In this document: positions 47,470-57,097 of the stretch, one piece after another
How the letters are laid out: every line of letters starts with the position of its first letter
How positions within the stretch are numbered: position 1 is the first letter of the stretch
Assembly: GCA_963665125.2 (NCBI GenBank)
Contig: CAXXUK010000001.1
Coordinates: 2,432,001 to 2,496,000, forward strand
DNA length: 64,000 nt
From: an uncultured Desulfarculus sp.
Lineage (GTDB): Bacteria; Desulfobacterota; Desulfarculia; Desulfarculales; Desulfarculaceae
Direction: 5' to 3'
Position numbers and translations under genes: made by a program
The notes under the pieces: generated by a model
The model's input: only the letters and a program-made list of their open reading frames with translations
Databases searched by the model: none
What the model was told of the DNA's origin: nothing

Positions 47470-48936
47470 TCAACCGCCGTACTTTTCCAGATATTCAGTC
47501 AGGCGCAGTTTGCGCTTGGCGTTGGCGCTGGACATGTAGCGCACCTTGCCAAAGACTGACCGCTCCGGGCCGAAAGGCCGGTCAAAGCGCCCCAGGCACC
47601 AGAAGATGCCGGAGTAGGAGTTGGGGTCCCGGCCGTCCAGGGCGTATTTATCGTTCAGGTGGATCATGATCTCCAGTGCCCGGCGCGGATTCGGCGACCA
47701 TTCAAGGATCTTCTTGCCCCACAGCATGCGCAGGTAGTTGTGGATGACTCCCTCATGCAATAGTTGCCGCTGGGCCGCGTTCCAGACGGGGTCATGGGTC
47801 TGGGCCTGTTCCAACTGCTCCAGGCTGTAGACAGAGGGCCTGGGGTCGGCGGCGTGGGCCTCCAGGGTGGCCCTGGCCCATTCGGGCAGGGACTCATACT
47901 GCGCGTAATCTGGCCGCAGACGGCAGAAGCTGTAGCCCAGCTCCCGCCAGGTGATGAGCTGGTCCAGGAAGGCCTCGGCGCTGTCGCCCATACCCCACCA
48001 GCCGCTGCGTTGGCCTTTGGTCGAGGCGCTCAGCCGGTGCGGGGCCCAGGCCTCTGCGGCTGCGATCTCGCTGAAAACCTGGTGAGCGCCGATGTGGCCG
48101 AAGTGCAGATACGGCGACAAGCCGCTGGTGGCCGGCTCCGATGGCTGGTTGCGCCGGGTGTCGTATATGGCCAGGCGCTCACCGACAAACAGGCGCAGCG
48201 CCGCCACGGCCCGGTCCTCGCCGCCGCGCAGGGCAACAGGCGCCGTATCGTATTCCAAAGGCAGCCCGGCCAGGGCCGAAGGCTCGGCGGCCAGCAATTC
48301 CGCCGGGGCCATGGGCCAGCGTTGGGTTATCTCAGGGGGCAGGGCATCCAGCCTCGGCAGTTCGCAGTCGGCAAGGGGATCGGGCGCTGGCATTTGGGCC
48401 AGATGCGCGGGCAGGTTCTTTTGCAGAAAACGGCGGAATGCATAGGCGCTGGGGTACGGCTTTTCCACTGCGGCCAGGGGCATCAGGCCGTTGGAATCCA
48501 CGGCCTCCAGCCGCACGGCCAGCTTGCGGCTGGAGGCCGCCAGCATGCGCGGCAGAAAAAACGCCGGAAAGTCGTCGCAGACCACCAGGCAGGCCCGGCG
48601 GGCCAGGGCCTCCAGCAGGCCCGAGCCCTGGTCGGGGGCCCTCTCTACAAATGGATAATACAGCACCGGCGCGTCGACAAGTCGGCGCTGGTTGGCGGCC
48701 ATGCCTTGCAGAATGAAGGAGTGCAGCCGGGGCGAGGCGTACCTGTAGCCGCAGCGCAGGGCCTCCAGGATGATCAGGGGTTTGCCCCGCTCCCTGGCCC
48801 GGGCCACGGCATTCTCCAGGCCGAAGTTCCAACCCACCCGCCGGGCCGCGGTCATCCAATAGACGATGTACTCGCCAGCTTCGTTAACGGGCATTTCATT
48901 GAGCGCCCTCAGGCGTATTTGCGGTGCGAAGGCCAT
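47470..48936 (-). CDS. phrB: Deoxyribodipyrimidine photolyase (class II CPD photolyase-like)
   Basis: YWM, SGLSPYLHFGHI, WREL, THDPVWNAAQ, HNYLRMLWGKKILEWS, LDGRDPNSY. Confidence 0.88.
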   Translation of the reverse strand: MAFAPQIRLRALNEMPVNEAGEYIVYWMTAARRVGWNFGLENAVARARERGKPLIILEALRCGYRYASPRLHSFILQGMAANQRRLVDAPVLYYPFVERAPDQGSGLLEALARRACLVVCDDFPAFFLPRMLAASSRKLAVRLEAVDSNGLMPLAAVEKPYPSAYAFRRFLQKNLPAHLAQMPAPDPLADCELPRLDALPPEITQRWPMAPAELLAAEPSALAGLPLEYDTAPVALRGGEDRAVAALRLFVGERLAIYDTRRNQPSEPATSGLSPYLHFGHIGAHQVFSEIAAAEAWAPHRLSASTKGQRSGWWGMGDSAEAFLDQLITWRELGYSFCRLRPDYAQYESLPEWARATLEAHAADPRPSVYSLEQLEQAQTHDPVWNAAQRQLLHEGVIHNYLRMLWGKKILEWSPNPRRALEIMIHLNDKYALDGRDPNSYSGIFWCLGRFDRPFGPERSVFGKVRYMSSANAKRKLRLTEYLEKYGG

Positions 48937-48965
48937 GGTCTAGATTATACGGCATTCGAGAAGGC

Positions 48966-49610
48966 CTAGGGCTTTTGGCCGCAATAGTGAAAGGCCTTGG
49001 ACTGGTGGCCGTTCATGGTCTTGGTCACGGTTTGCTCCAGGTCAATCCTCCGGAAGGCGGCGGTCAGCTTCTCAATATACGCCGGATCGTGATGGCGCAG
49101 CACCGCGCCTTCGTCGAGTTCGAACACGCCGTATGTGCCGTATGTTGCGGCGCATCTTTCATAGCGGTCCAGGTTGCGCGCATCGTCGTTGATTAAAAAA
49201 TCGGCAACATAGACAAGGCCGCCGGGCCTGAGCAGGCGGCTGATCTCAGCCATGAGTTTGCCCTGGGCCGCGCTGCCGGGGATGCAGGTGAGCACGGCCA
49301 CCAGCAGCACCGCGTCGAACGAGCCGTCCGCAAAGGACAGGGGCAGGCCATCCATGGACCGCAGGTCCAGGTCGGGGTTTTCGCCGAGGCCGCGTTTTAT
49401 CAACTCCGGCGAGGCGTCCACGCCCACCACGCCGTCATGGCCCAACGCGGCCAGCTCGGCGGCCACCCGGCCATAGCCGCAGCCGTAATCCAGGATGCGG
49501 GCGCCGGGTTTCAAATGCTCCAGCACGCAGCCCAAGCATGGTTTGAGGGTGAAGTCTTTTTCCCGAGCCACGCTGTCCCAGTATTGCCGCTGAAAATCCA
49601 GATCATTCAT
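48966..49610 (-). CDS. Class I SAM-dependent methyltransferase
   Basis: ILDYGCGYGR, GVDAS, FDAVLL, LLRPGG. Confidence 0.88.
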   Translation of the reverse strand: MNDLDFQRQYWDSVAREKDFTLKPCLGCVLEHLKPGARILDYGCGYGRVAAELAALGHDGVVGVDASPELIKRGLGENPDLDLRSMDGLPLSFADGSFDAVLLVAVLTCIPGSAAQGKLMAEISRLLRPGGLVYVADFLINDDARNLDRYERCAATYGTYGVFELDEGAVLRHHDPAYIEKLTAAFRRIDLEQTVTKTMNGHQSKAFHYCGQKP

Positions 49611-49831
49611 TGCCAATTGCCATGTGAATAGTACCTTTGCTCAATTTTACGTGGTTTTCCCGGCTTCAACCACCTGGTCTTCAAAGCGACAGGCCCAAAA
49701 TCAACCCAAACTGTTTCCCGGTTAATTTTTTTCGCCTCAATTATAGTGTTTGATTGTTTTTCAGTGATTTCCTATATTATATTTATTTTTACTTAGCGTT
49801 TTTCAATCCAACTCTATTATTGAGAGGCATA

Positions 49832-50836
49832 ATGGAAACCGTATATAAAAAACTAGCGGATAAAATCCAGATGGGGCATTCCCAGCGCGTCGCCAAAATT
49901 TTCTCGACGCTGATGGACGAAACCTCGGCCGGCCTGATGCTGGCCATGCCGGGCCAGCCCACCGAACTGGCGGAAAGAACCGGCCTGCCCCTGGACGACG
50001 TGAACACCCGCCTGCGCGATCTGTACGTAAAGGGCGCGGCCTTCAAGTCGGGCCGGACCGATCCCCCTTCATACTATATGGTCCGCAACGTTCCCCAGTT
50101 CCACGACTCGACCATAGTCTGGCCCCAGGCCACGGATGAGTTCCTGCTGGCCTGGCGCGATTTCATGGATACCGAATGGCACGATCTGGCCAAGGTGATC
50201 GCCAAGATGATGCCCAAGCCCATTTCGAGGGTAATACCGGTGGGAATCAGCATCCAGATCAAAAACCAGATTCTCAACTTCGAGAGCATCAATGAAATCA
50301 TCGACAACGCCAAGGTGTTGTCAGTCACCCCCTGCACCTGCCGCCGGTCCATGGGCAAATGCGACCGGCCGGTGGAGACCTGCATCCAGGTCAACAAGGC
50401 CGCCGAGTACAGCCTGGACCGCGGCAGCGGCCGCCTAATCACCAAAGAGGAGGCCCGGGAGATCTGCCGCAACGCCGAGAAAGAGGGCCTGGTGCATGTG
50501 ACCATGAACAAGCACGAGGTGGACGCCTTTATCTGCAACTGCTGTCCCTGCTGCTGCCTGGCCCTGCCCGAGTTGGTCAAGGCCGGGACCAAGATTTTGG
50601 ATCCCAGCCGCTATGTGGCCGAGATCAACGCCGACGAGTGCACCGGCTGCGAGGTCTGCCACGAACGTTGCTACTTCGAGGCCATCACCTGGGGCGACGC
50701 CGACGAAACCTACAGCGTGGTCAACCCGGACAAATGCATGGGTTGCGGCTTGTGCATGGTCACCTGCCCGGTTGATTGCATCGAACTGAAGGAGATCAGG
50801 CCCGCGGACTTCGTGCCCAAGGATATGAAGCACTAA
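49832..50836 (+). CDS. 4Fe-4S binding protein with Cys-rich central domain
   Basis: CTCR...C...ETC...ICNCCPCCC followed by CTGCEVCHERC and CMGCGLCMVTCP. Confidence 0.85.
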   Translation: METVYKKLADKIQMGHSQRVAKIFSTLMDETSAGLMLAMPGQPTELAERTGLPLDDVNTRLRDLYVKGAAFKSGRTDPPSYYMVRNVPQFHDSTIVWPQATDEFLLAWRDFMDTEWHDLAKVIAKMMPKPISRVIPVGISIQIKNQILNFESINEIIDNAKVLSVTPCTCRRSMGKCDRPVETCIQVNKAAEYSLDRGSGRLITKEEAREICRNAEKEGLVHVTMNKHEVDAFICNCCPCCCLALPELVKAGTKILDPSRYVAEINADECTGCEVCHERCYFEAITWGDADETYSVVNPDKCMGCGLCMVTCPVDCIELKEIRPADFVPKDMKH

Positions 50837-50875
50837 TCGGAGCGGCCGGCTAAGCCCCGGCCTCTGCGTTATCCA

Positions 50876-50916
50876 TGAAAAGCGGCGGGCCCCCGATGGG
50901 GGCCCGCCGCTTTTCA
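50876..50916. terminator. Bidirectional terminator between convergent genes
   Basis: Perfect stem TGAAAAGCGGCGGGCCCCC / GGGGGCCCGCCGCTTTTCA with a 3-nt loop. Confidence 0.8.
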
Positions 50917-50927
50917 GCATCAAATGC

Positions 50928-52655
50928 CTAGGCCTGCAATTCTTCCAGAATCATCTGCTTGAGCTTATATTTCTCCACCTTGAAGGTGGGGGTCAGCGGC
51001 AAGGCGTCGATGAAGCGCAGGTGCTTGGGCAGCATGTATTTGGGCATCTCTCCCTTGAGCCATTCCCGGAAATCGGTTTCAATGATGGTCTGGCCTTCCT
51101 TGGCCACCACAAACACCACGATGTCGTCTTCGCCGCCCTCGGCAGCGGGAATAGGCAGAGCCGCGCTGGCGGCCACGGCACCATAGCTGTTGACGATGTC
51201 TTCCACCTGGTATGACGATACGTTCTCGCCCCTGGTGCGGATGAATCCGCCCATGCGGTCCACGAAGTAGAAGAAGCCGTCTTCGTCCTTGTATACGCCG
51301 TCGCCGGTGTGCAGCCACTGGTTACGGTAGGTCTCGGCCGTGGCCTCGGGCTTGTTGAAGTATTCGTTAAAAATCATAAAGGGCAGCTTGCTGCGCACGC
51401 CCAGCTGGCCGTGCTGGTTGGCGCCCAGTTCGTTGTCCCTCTCGTCCAGCACCGCCACCTCCAAAAGGGGCGAGATGGAGCCCATGAAGCCCTTGGCCAG
51501 GGTGACGGCCTTTTCCGGCTCCACCACAACGCCTCCGGCGGCGACGACCCTGCGGCGCAGTTCCTGCTTGGAGTAGCCCTTGTACAGATCGGCCGGGGTG
51601 CCCTCGGCGTCGCCGAACTCGTCCAGGATGCCGATGAAGGGGTTGCCCGACTCGGTCTGGCCGTAGCCGCAGATCACGAAATCAATGCCGAAACGGCGGG
51701 CAAAGGTCTGGTGATACAGGGGCAGCGGCTGCATGTAGGCCTTATTGAGGGTGTTGCGGCGGTCGTTTTCGCTGGGCGGGGGCATCTGGAGCCAGGGCAT
51801 CATCACGTCCAGCAGGATGGCCATGGTGGCCCCGCTCTTGTTGATGCGGTTCCAGAATTCGCCCACGCTGAAGCTGTCCCACATGGCCACCTTGCAGCCC
51901 ACCCAGGCGGCCCGGGCCAGGTTGATGAAGCATCCTGCCACGTGATACATGGGCAGGTCGTTGAAGATCACGTCGTCCTCGGTGACGATATTCAGGGCAT
52001 TATGCACGTACTGCCTGGTCCAGCGGTGGGTGTGCACCACGCCCTTGGCCGGGCCCGTGGTGCCCGAGGTGTAGACGATGTTGGCCAGGTCCCAGGGATC
52101 GATAACCTCGCTGGGTTTGGCTTGACTGCCTTTGAGCAGCTCCGAGAAGTCAATGGCCTCGAAGTTGGCGTGCAGGGAGTTGTCCTTGGCCTGGGCCTTG
52201 AAGTCATGGTCGCTTTCCTGGGGCCTGTGCACCACCACCTTCATGGCGCCGATCTCGTCGGCAATATGGTTCAGCAAGGGCTCGCGGCCGTTTTCGGTTA
52301 TCAGCAGTTTGGGCCCGGTGTCGTTGATCTGGTACGACAGCAGCCGTCCCTGGTAGTTGAAGTTGATGGGACTGAACACGGCCCCGGCCTTCCAGATGCC
52401 AAACATGGCCAGGGATGTCACCAACGGATTAAGCAGGAACAGGGAAACGCGGTCGCCCTTTTCAACGCCCATGGCCATGAGGCTGTTGGCTATGCTGTTG
52501 GCCGCCTCGTCAAACTCCTTGAAGGTGAAGCTGCGGTCGTCTTCGCCATAGTAAAAAAACACCTCATCGGGCTTTTTCGCGGCCCATTTCTCCATGGCGT
52601 CGACAACCACCTCATCATATAGCGCCAGCTGCTTTTCAAGATCCGTCTTGTCCAT
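50928..52655 (-). CDS. AMP-dependent acyl-CoA ligase (CaiC-like)
   Basis: YTSGTTGPAKG, GYGQTE, WLHTGD, RGENVSSYQVE. Confidence 0.87.
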   Translation of the reverse strand: MDKTDLEKQLALYDEVVVDAMEKWAAKKPDEVFFYYGEDDRSFTFKEFDEAANSIANSLMAMGVEKGDRVSLFLLNPLVTSLAMFGIWKAGAVFSPINFNYQGRLLSYQINDTGPKLLITENGREPLLNHIADEIGAMKVVVHRPQESDHDFKAQAKDNSLHANFEAIDFSELLKGSQAKPSEVIDPWDLANIVYTSGTTGPAKGVVHTHRWTRQYVHNALNIVTEDDVIFNDLPMYHVAGCFINLARAAWVGCKVAMWDSFSVGEFWNRINKSGATMAILLDVMMPWLQMPPPSENDRRNTLNKAYMQPLPLYHQTFARRFGIDFVICGYGQTESGNPFIGILDEFGDAEGTPADLYKGYSKQELRRRVVAAGGVVVEPEKAVTLAKGFMGSISPLLEVAVLDERDNELGANQHGQLGVRSKLPFMIFNEYFNKPEATAETYRNQWLHTGDGVYKDEDGFFYFVDRMGGFIRTRGENVSSYQVEDIVNSYGAVAASAALPIPAAEGGEDDIVVFVVAKEGQTIIETDFREWLKGEMPKYMLPKHLRFIDALPLTPTFKVEKYKLKQMILEELQA

Positions 52656-52710
52656 AAGGCCTCCGTAACCTAATTTTGGTTCATTTGCAGTTGGGCGACG
52701 GTTGCGCCGA

Positions 52711-54264
52711 TCAAGGCATCACGCCGTGCCTCATCACCGGCGCCGGCGGCTGGCAGCGGCGGTTGGCCGCCAGTTGCAGCGCCTTTATCAAACGGGGCCG
52801 GGTATCCCGCGGGTCGATGACGTCGTCGATGTTGAAATTGGCCGCCGCGGGATAGGCCCCGGAAAAGCGGGTGTACATTTCGGCAAGCTCCTTCCAGAGC
52901 TTGTCAGGGTCGGGCGAGGCCGCCAGCTCGGCCCCGTGGGCGGCCTTGATGGCGCTGTCCACGGGCAGGGAGGCGAAGTCGGCGGTGGGCCAGGCCAGGG
53001 TCAGGGTCTGGCCCACGCCATAGCCGCACATGGCCGAGCCGCCGAAACCGAAGGCCTTGCGCAAAACCACCGTGAACTTGGGCACGTCGGCCCAGGCCAG
53101 GGCGTGGGCCACCGCGAGCCCGCTGCGCAGGGCCCCTTCCCTTTCCGAGCGCGGTCCGGTCATCACCCCCGGCACGTCCACCAGAAACACTAGGGGGATG
53201 TGATAAGCCGAGCACAGGTCGATGAAGTGCCGCTCCTTCTGGGCGGCCTTGGCCGTGATGGCCCCGGCGTCCACGGCGGGCTGGTTGGCCACTATGCCCA
53301 CCACATGCCCGCCCAAGCGGGCCAGGCCGGTTATCATCATGGGCGCGAACAGGGGCTTGATTTCAAAAAAGCTGTCCTTGTCCACCACATGACCGATGAC
53401 CTTCTTCATGTCATAGGCCCGCCGGGAACTCGACGGCAGGATGTCCAGCAATTTCGGGTCGCGGCGGCCGGGGTCGTCGCCGGTATCGGCCCATGGCGGA
53501 TACTGCCAGGCGTTGGTGGGCATGTAGGACAGATAGTCGCGGGCCATCCGCAGGGCCTGGTGGTCGTCGTCGGCCGGGTTGTCGGCCACGCCCGATATGG
53601 CGCAGTGCACGTCCGTCCCGCCCAGTTCCTCCTTGGTCACCTCCTGGCCCAGGGACATCAGCACCACCGGCGGTCCGCCCGCGGCCATCATGCCGGTCCC
53701 CCTAACCATGATGGAAAACTCCAGCAGGCTGCCTTCCAGGGAAGACTCCCCGGCACAGGGGCCCATGATCACCCCCAACATTGGTGCCACGCCGGAAAGA
53801 CGGGCCATCTTGACGTACTGCATGGCCGGCGGCAGGCCCTCGGCCGAGTCGCCCAGCATCTGGGCCCTGGCGCCCGAACCGTCCAGCAGAAACACCAGGG
53901 GCACCTTTTCCTGGGTGGCCAGGTCGATCATGCGCAGGCGTTTGTGAAAGTTGGTGACCCCGGTTGAGCCACCCAGCACGGTGAAGTCCTCGGCGATGAC
54001 GCCCACGTGCCTGCCGTCCACCAGGCCGAAGCCGGCCACCAGGCCGTCGGCCGGGGTAATAGGCTGGCCGGCCTTTTGCCCGGCATGGCTGGCCAACAGG
54101 CCATATTCCTCAAACGAGCCTTGATCCAGCAGCAGGCCGACACGTTCCCGAACGGTCATTTTCCCCTGGGACCGCTGCCGCTCAACCCTCTTCGCTCCCC
54201 CCATGGCCATGGCTTCCCGTTTGCGCTCGGCCAGATCTGCGACGGCATCTTTCATGGGTTTCAT
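52711..54264 (-). CDS. Acyl-CoA carboxylase carboxyltransferase subunit (PccB/MccB-like)
   Basis: GKMTVRER, DFTVLGGS, DGSGAR, EELGG, VDVPG, DDVIDPRDTR. Confidence 0.88.
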   Translation of the reverse strand: MKPMKDAVADLAERKREAMAMGGAKRVERQRSQGKMTVRERVGLLLDQGSFEEYGLLASHAGQKAGQPITPADGLVAGFGLVDGRHVGVIAEDFTVLGGSTGVTNFHKRLRMIDLATQEKVPLVFLLDGSGARAQMLGDSAEGLPPAMQYVKMARLSGVAPMLGVIMGPCAGESSLEGSLLEFSIMVRGTGMMAAGGPPVVLMSLGQEVTKEELGGTDVHCAISGVADNPADDDHQALRMARDYLSYMPTNAWQYPPWADTGDDPGRRDPKLLDILPSSSRRAYDMKKVIGHVVDKDSFFEIKPLFAPMMITGLARLGGHVVGIVANQPAVDAGAITAKAAQKERHFIDLCSAYHIPLVFLVDVPGVMTGPRSEREGALRSGLAVAHALAWADVPKFTVVLRKAFGFGGSAMCGYGVGQTLTLAWPTADFASLPVDSAIKAAHGAELAASPDPDKLWKELAEMYTRFSGAYPAAANFNIDDVIDPRDTRPRLIKALQLAANRRCQPPAPVMRHGVMP

Positions 54265-54641
54265 GCTGCTTGCCCTCCACAGGTGTGGCAAACCATCTCA
54301 TGGCCAGTTTCCATAGCCGCCAATTGTTTTTCGGCTACTTTTGCCATAATCATTTTTTGTATTAGCATCATATTTTATCCATGTAATGATTTTCAAGTCG
54401 TATTAATACTGTTCTTTTTATTTTTAGCTAATTTTCTTACATCTCATATTTTTAACATTGTTTCGCCCCCCGATACACAAGCCCATAGATCATCTTTCCA
54501 GCCGTGGCCGGACAATTGCACGTTCTTTCAGTGCCGGACCCGGAAAGGTACGCCTCGATTATGGCATGCAGTACCTGGTCACTTGGGCGGTTAAGTTCAC
54601 CGGAATTCCGTCAAACCGCGGCGGCGGGCCGCTTGAACAAA

Positions 54642-54680
54642 GAAAAAGCCCACACCATCCGTCAACCGGAGGGTGTGGGC
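54642..54680 (-). terminator. Terminator after the small hypothetical gene
   Basis: GCCCACACC...GGTGTGGGC stem followed by TTTTT on the minus strand. Confidence 0.55.
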
Positions 54681-54757
54681 ATTGATTATCAAAGTGCGGA
54701 GGTATCAGGGGCTGAGCCTGCAGACGGCCCCAATATCCGCGTCATACGGGCGGCAAA

Positions 54758-55012
54758 TTAAGCGAACATCTCAAAGTTGGTAAAGAACTGCCCGATCTGC
54801 ACGCCGAGATATACGCATTCCACGCCTTCAAGGCAGGAACTGGCGTCTTTTTCGTCCAGCAGGGTGTGCAGGCGGTGATCGCCCTTGCTCAGTTTGATGA
54901 CCCAATATTTTTTGTCGGGCTTGTACTCCAATTCCAAATCAAGGCCGTGCTCTTGAATCTTGGGGTACATTTCATTTAGTTTGGCTGCCAATTCAGATGC
55001 TTTGTGTTCCAT
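54758..55012 (-). CDS. Small hypothetical protein (84 aa)
   Basis: GGAGG RBS; MYPKI...L.T.L...DA..CLEG.ECVYLGVQIGQF resembles a family I recall from sulfate reducers. Confidence 0.7.
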   Translation of the reverse strand: MEHKASELAAKLNEMYPKIQEHGLDLELEYKPDKKYWVIKLSKGDHRLHTLLDEKDASSCLEGVECVYLGVQIGQFFTNFEMFA

Positions 55013-55239
55013 TTTCTTCCTCCGTTCCGCTTTTCGCTAGGGAATCCATGGGTCACATGTTTTACCGGAAAACCTTCCGGCCACTCGCCAATGGCTATGT
55101 TGTTAATAGTGTAAGACATAGTATGTCGATGGTCAAACCTGGGAGCCCCCAAACGGCTCAACCCGGCTGACCATGGGCGGCAACACGTTAATAATATACA
55201 CCAATTTTTACAATGAAATCGGCGACCCGCCGTCTGCCG

Positions 55240-56097
55240 TTAGCGGCGAATACGCCCCTTGAGATCTTCCAGTTCGGCCCGCGCCTGATCCATGCACTCG
55301 GGGCAGATGCCGTGACTGAACCGGGCTTCGGAATGGGTGGTGACGTATTGCTCCACCTGTTGCCAATAGCCCTGGTCATCCCGGATCTTCTTGCAGTGGG
55401 CGCAGATGGGCACGATGCCCCGCAGGGTCTTGATCTCGGCCTGGAGCTTTTCGCTGACCATGAGCAAAATGGCCGCCAACAGACTGAAGACAAAGATGAT
55501 ATTCCAAAGGAACATCACCTCGTTGATGGCCCCCCATTTGAAGTAGGCCCCTTCCAATGGCAGTGTTTGTAGCAACACAATGCGAACGAGCATGACCAGT
55601 GCTTGCAGTGCATATACGACAGACCCGTATATCCGCATGGGCCGCCGCAAGGCCAGGGCGCCCCTGAACAGATCTTGGGCGATGAGGATGCAGAACAGCG
55701 CGACAACCAGGGCGACCAGGGTGCTGCATGCGGTCTGGGACGGACTTACATACGTAAACCAGATGGTCAGCAAAAACTGCACCAAGACCAACGACCACAT
55801 GGCGCGGTAAAGAGGCGGCCGCTCCACGAAAATGCGCATTCCGATCCAACCTATTCCGTAGGACAGGGCAAACGCCGTGTTGGCCCCCACCACCGTCAAC
55901 AACGCCGGGGCGGCGGCTCCCTTGAGCAACACCAGACATAGGCCGATGGCGGAGAAAATGGAGGCAATAGTCCACTGGAGGGTGCCACCCACCAGGGAAC
56001 CGGACCTGTGCAGCAGGTAGTACAGCACCGGTGAAAACAAGCTTATGGCCGTGATGGATATGATCAGGGTTTTGACGTCGAGCATTGGGCGGGCCAT
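55240..56097 (-). CDS. Multi-TM membrane sensor-like protein with C-terminal CxxC/HxxCxxC motif
   Basis: About 7 hydrophobic segments, then LRGIVPICAHCKKIRDDQGYWQQVEQYVTTHSEARFSHGICPEC. Confidence 0.75.
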   Translation of the reverse strand: MARPMLDVKTLIISITAISLFSPVLYYLLHRSGSLVGGTLQWTIASIFSAIGLCLVLLKGAAAPALLTVVGANTAFALSYGIGWIGMRIFVERPPLYRAMWSLVLVQFLLTIWFTYVSPSQTACSTLVALVVALFCILIAQDLFRGALALRRPMRIYGSVVYALQALVMLVRIVLLQTLPLEGAYFKWGAINEVMFLWNIIFVFSLLAAILLMVSEKLQAEIKTLRGIVPICAHCKKIRDDQGYWQQVEQYVTTHSEARFSHGICPECMDQARAELEDLKGRIRR

Positions 56098-56258
56098 CCG
56101 AAATCGCGTTAGGGCTTAAGTAGCGCATTATATTATAGACGGAGTCTGATTTTCACCAGGCGATTTCGGTAAATGCCGGACAGGCAAAAAAGAAGCGCTC
56201 CCCTCCCCCGGCCATAGAGATTAAGCTACACACGAAAAAGTTGTTATTTTCCGATTTG

Positions 56259-56948
56259 TTATTCTATTTTGTCATGCTTTTGTAAGTTATGTTTACAGCA
56301 CAACAATTGGATATTATCGGCTGTTTGAGAAGATCCGCCCTTTGACCATGGTATGATGTGATCGAAATGTAAATCATCGGTCGAACCACAGACAACACAT
56401 TTTCCTCCATCTCGTTTCCATACTGCGACTTTTACTGATGTTGGGATGATGCGCCTACGTTCTTTGTGATCTGTCTGTTCAACAGGGGAACCATCAATTT
56501 CATCAGTTGCAACTAATTTAAACTTAAAAACTAGTCTGCCACCCTCAGCTACGGACCAAGAATCAACCAAATTGAACATGCCATTATATGACCAAATACC
56601 CTGCTTAATTTTTTCATAGACTCTTACTTTCTCAACGGTTCGCAATCCGCGCACATATTCCTGTGCAGCACGAAAAAATTTACCGTTTTCGTTTATCTTT
56701 CCAGAAGAGCCCATTAATGTCTGGTTAACTACTTTTGGATTTGGGTTGTGGTTGCTTTTAGGTACATCATGGCCCTCGTAGACTATCGTTGACCCATCGT
56801 CCTCAAATCGATCCGCGTATGGGCTACCATTTCTTACGGACATCAAAATAACCGAATAATCTGGCCTAATCCTATAGTTCATTCCGCGCTGTAGACTTAT
56901 TGCCTCGCGTGTACACATTTCAAGATAACTAATGATTTCGTTCGCCAT
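56259..56948 (-). CDS. HNH endonuclease with N-terminal SRA/PUA-like domain
   Basis: C-terminal RDGGKCVVCG...HFDHIIPWSKGG...NIQLLC..HN; N-terminal YADRFEDDG..IVYEG...VRVY...WSYNGMF...FKFKL resembles an SRA domain; low GC. Confidence 0.8.
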   Translation of the reverse strand: MANEIISYLEMCTREAISLQRGMNYRIRPDYSVILMSVRNGSPYADRFEDDGSTIVYEGHDVPKSNHNPNPKVVNQTLMGSSGKINENGKFFRAAQEYVRGLRTVEKVRVYEKIKQGIWSYNGMFNLVDSWSVAEGGRLVFKFKLVATDEIDGSPVEQTDHKERRRIIPTSVKVAVWKRDGGKCVVCGSTDDLHFDHIIPWSKGGSSQTADNIQLLCCKHNLQKHDKIE

Positions 56949-57031
56949 ACAAGCTCGCGTTTAAACTGGATTAAGCACAATAGTTACATATTAAATTCGT
57001 TAACTTTTCTGCATTAGTTTTATAACACAAA

Positions 57032-57072
57032 ACCTCCCTATGTCCGCAACTTGTAGAAGGTCATAGGGAGGT
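57032..57072 (-). terminator. Terminator-like hairpin after icmF
   Basis: ACCTCCCTATG...CATAGGGAGGT inverted repeat followed by TTTG on the minus strand. Confidence 0.55.
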
Positions 57073-57097
57073 AAATGAACGTTAATGACTCTTTAAT

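Noticed and set aside
49832..50836. Selenocysteine or stop-codon read-through in the Fe-S and radical SAM genes
   Set aside because: The ORFs are complete with Cys at the expected positions and end in TAA/TAG; no in-frame TGA splits a domain.
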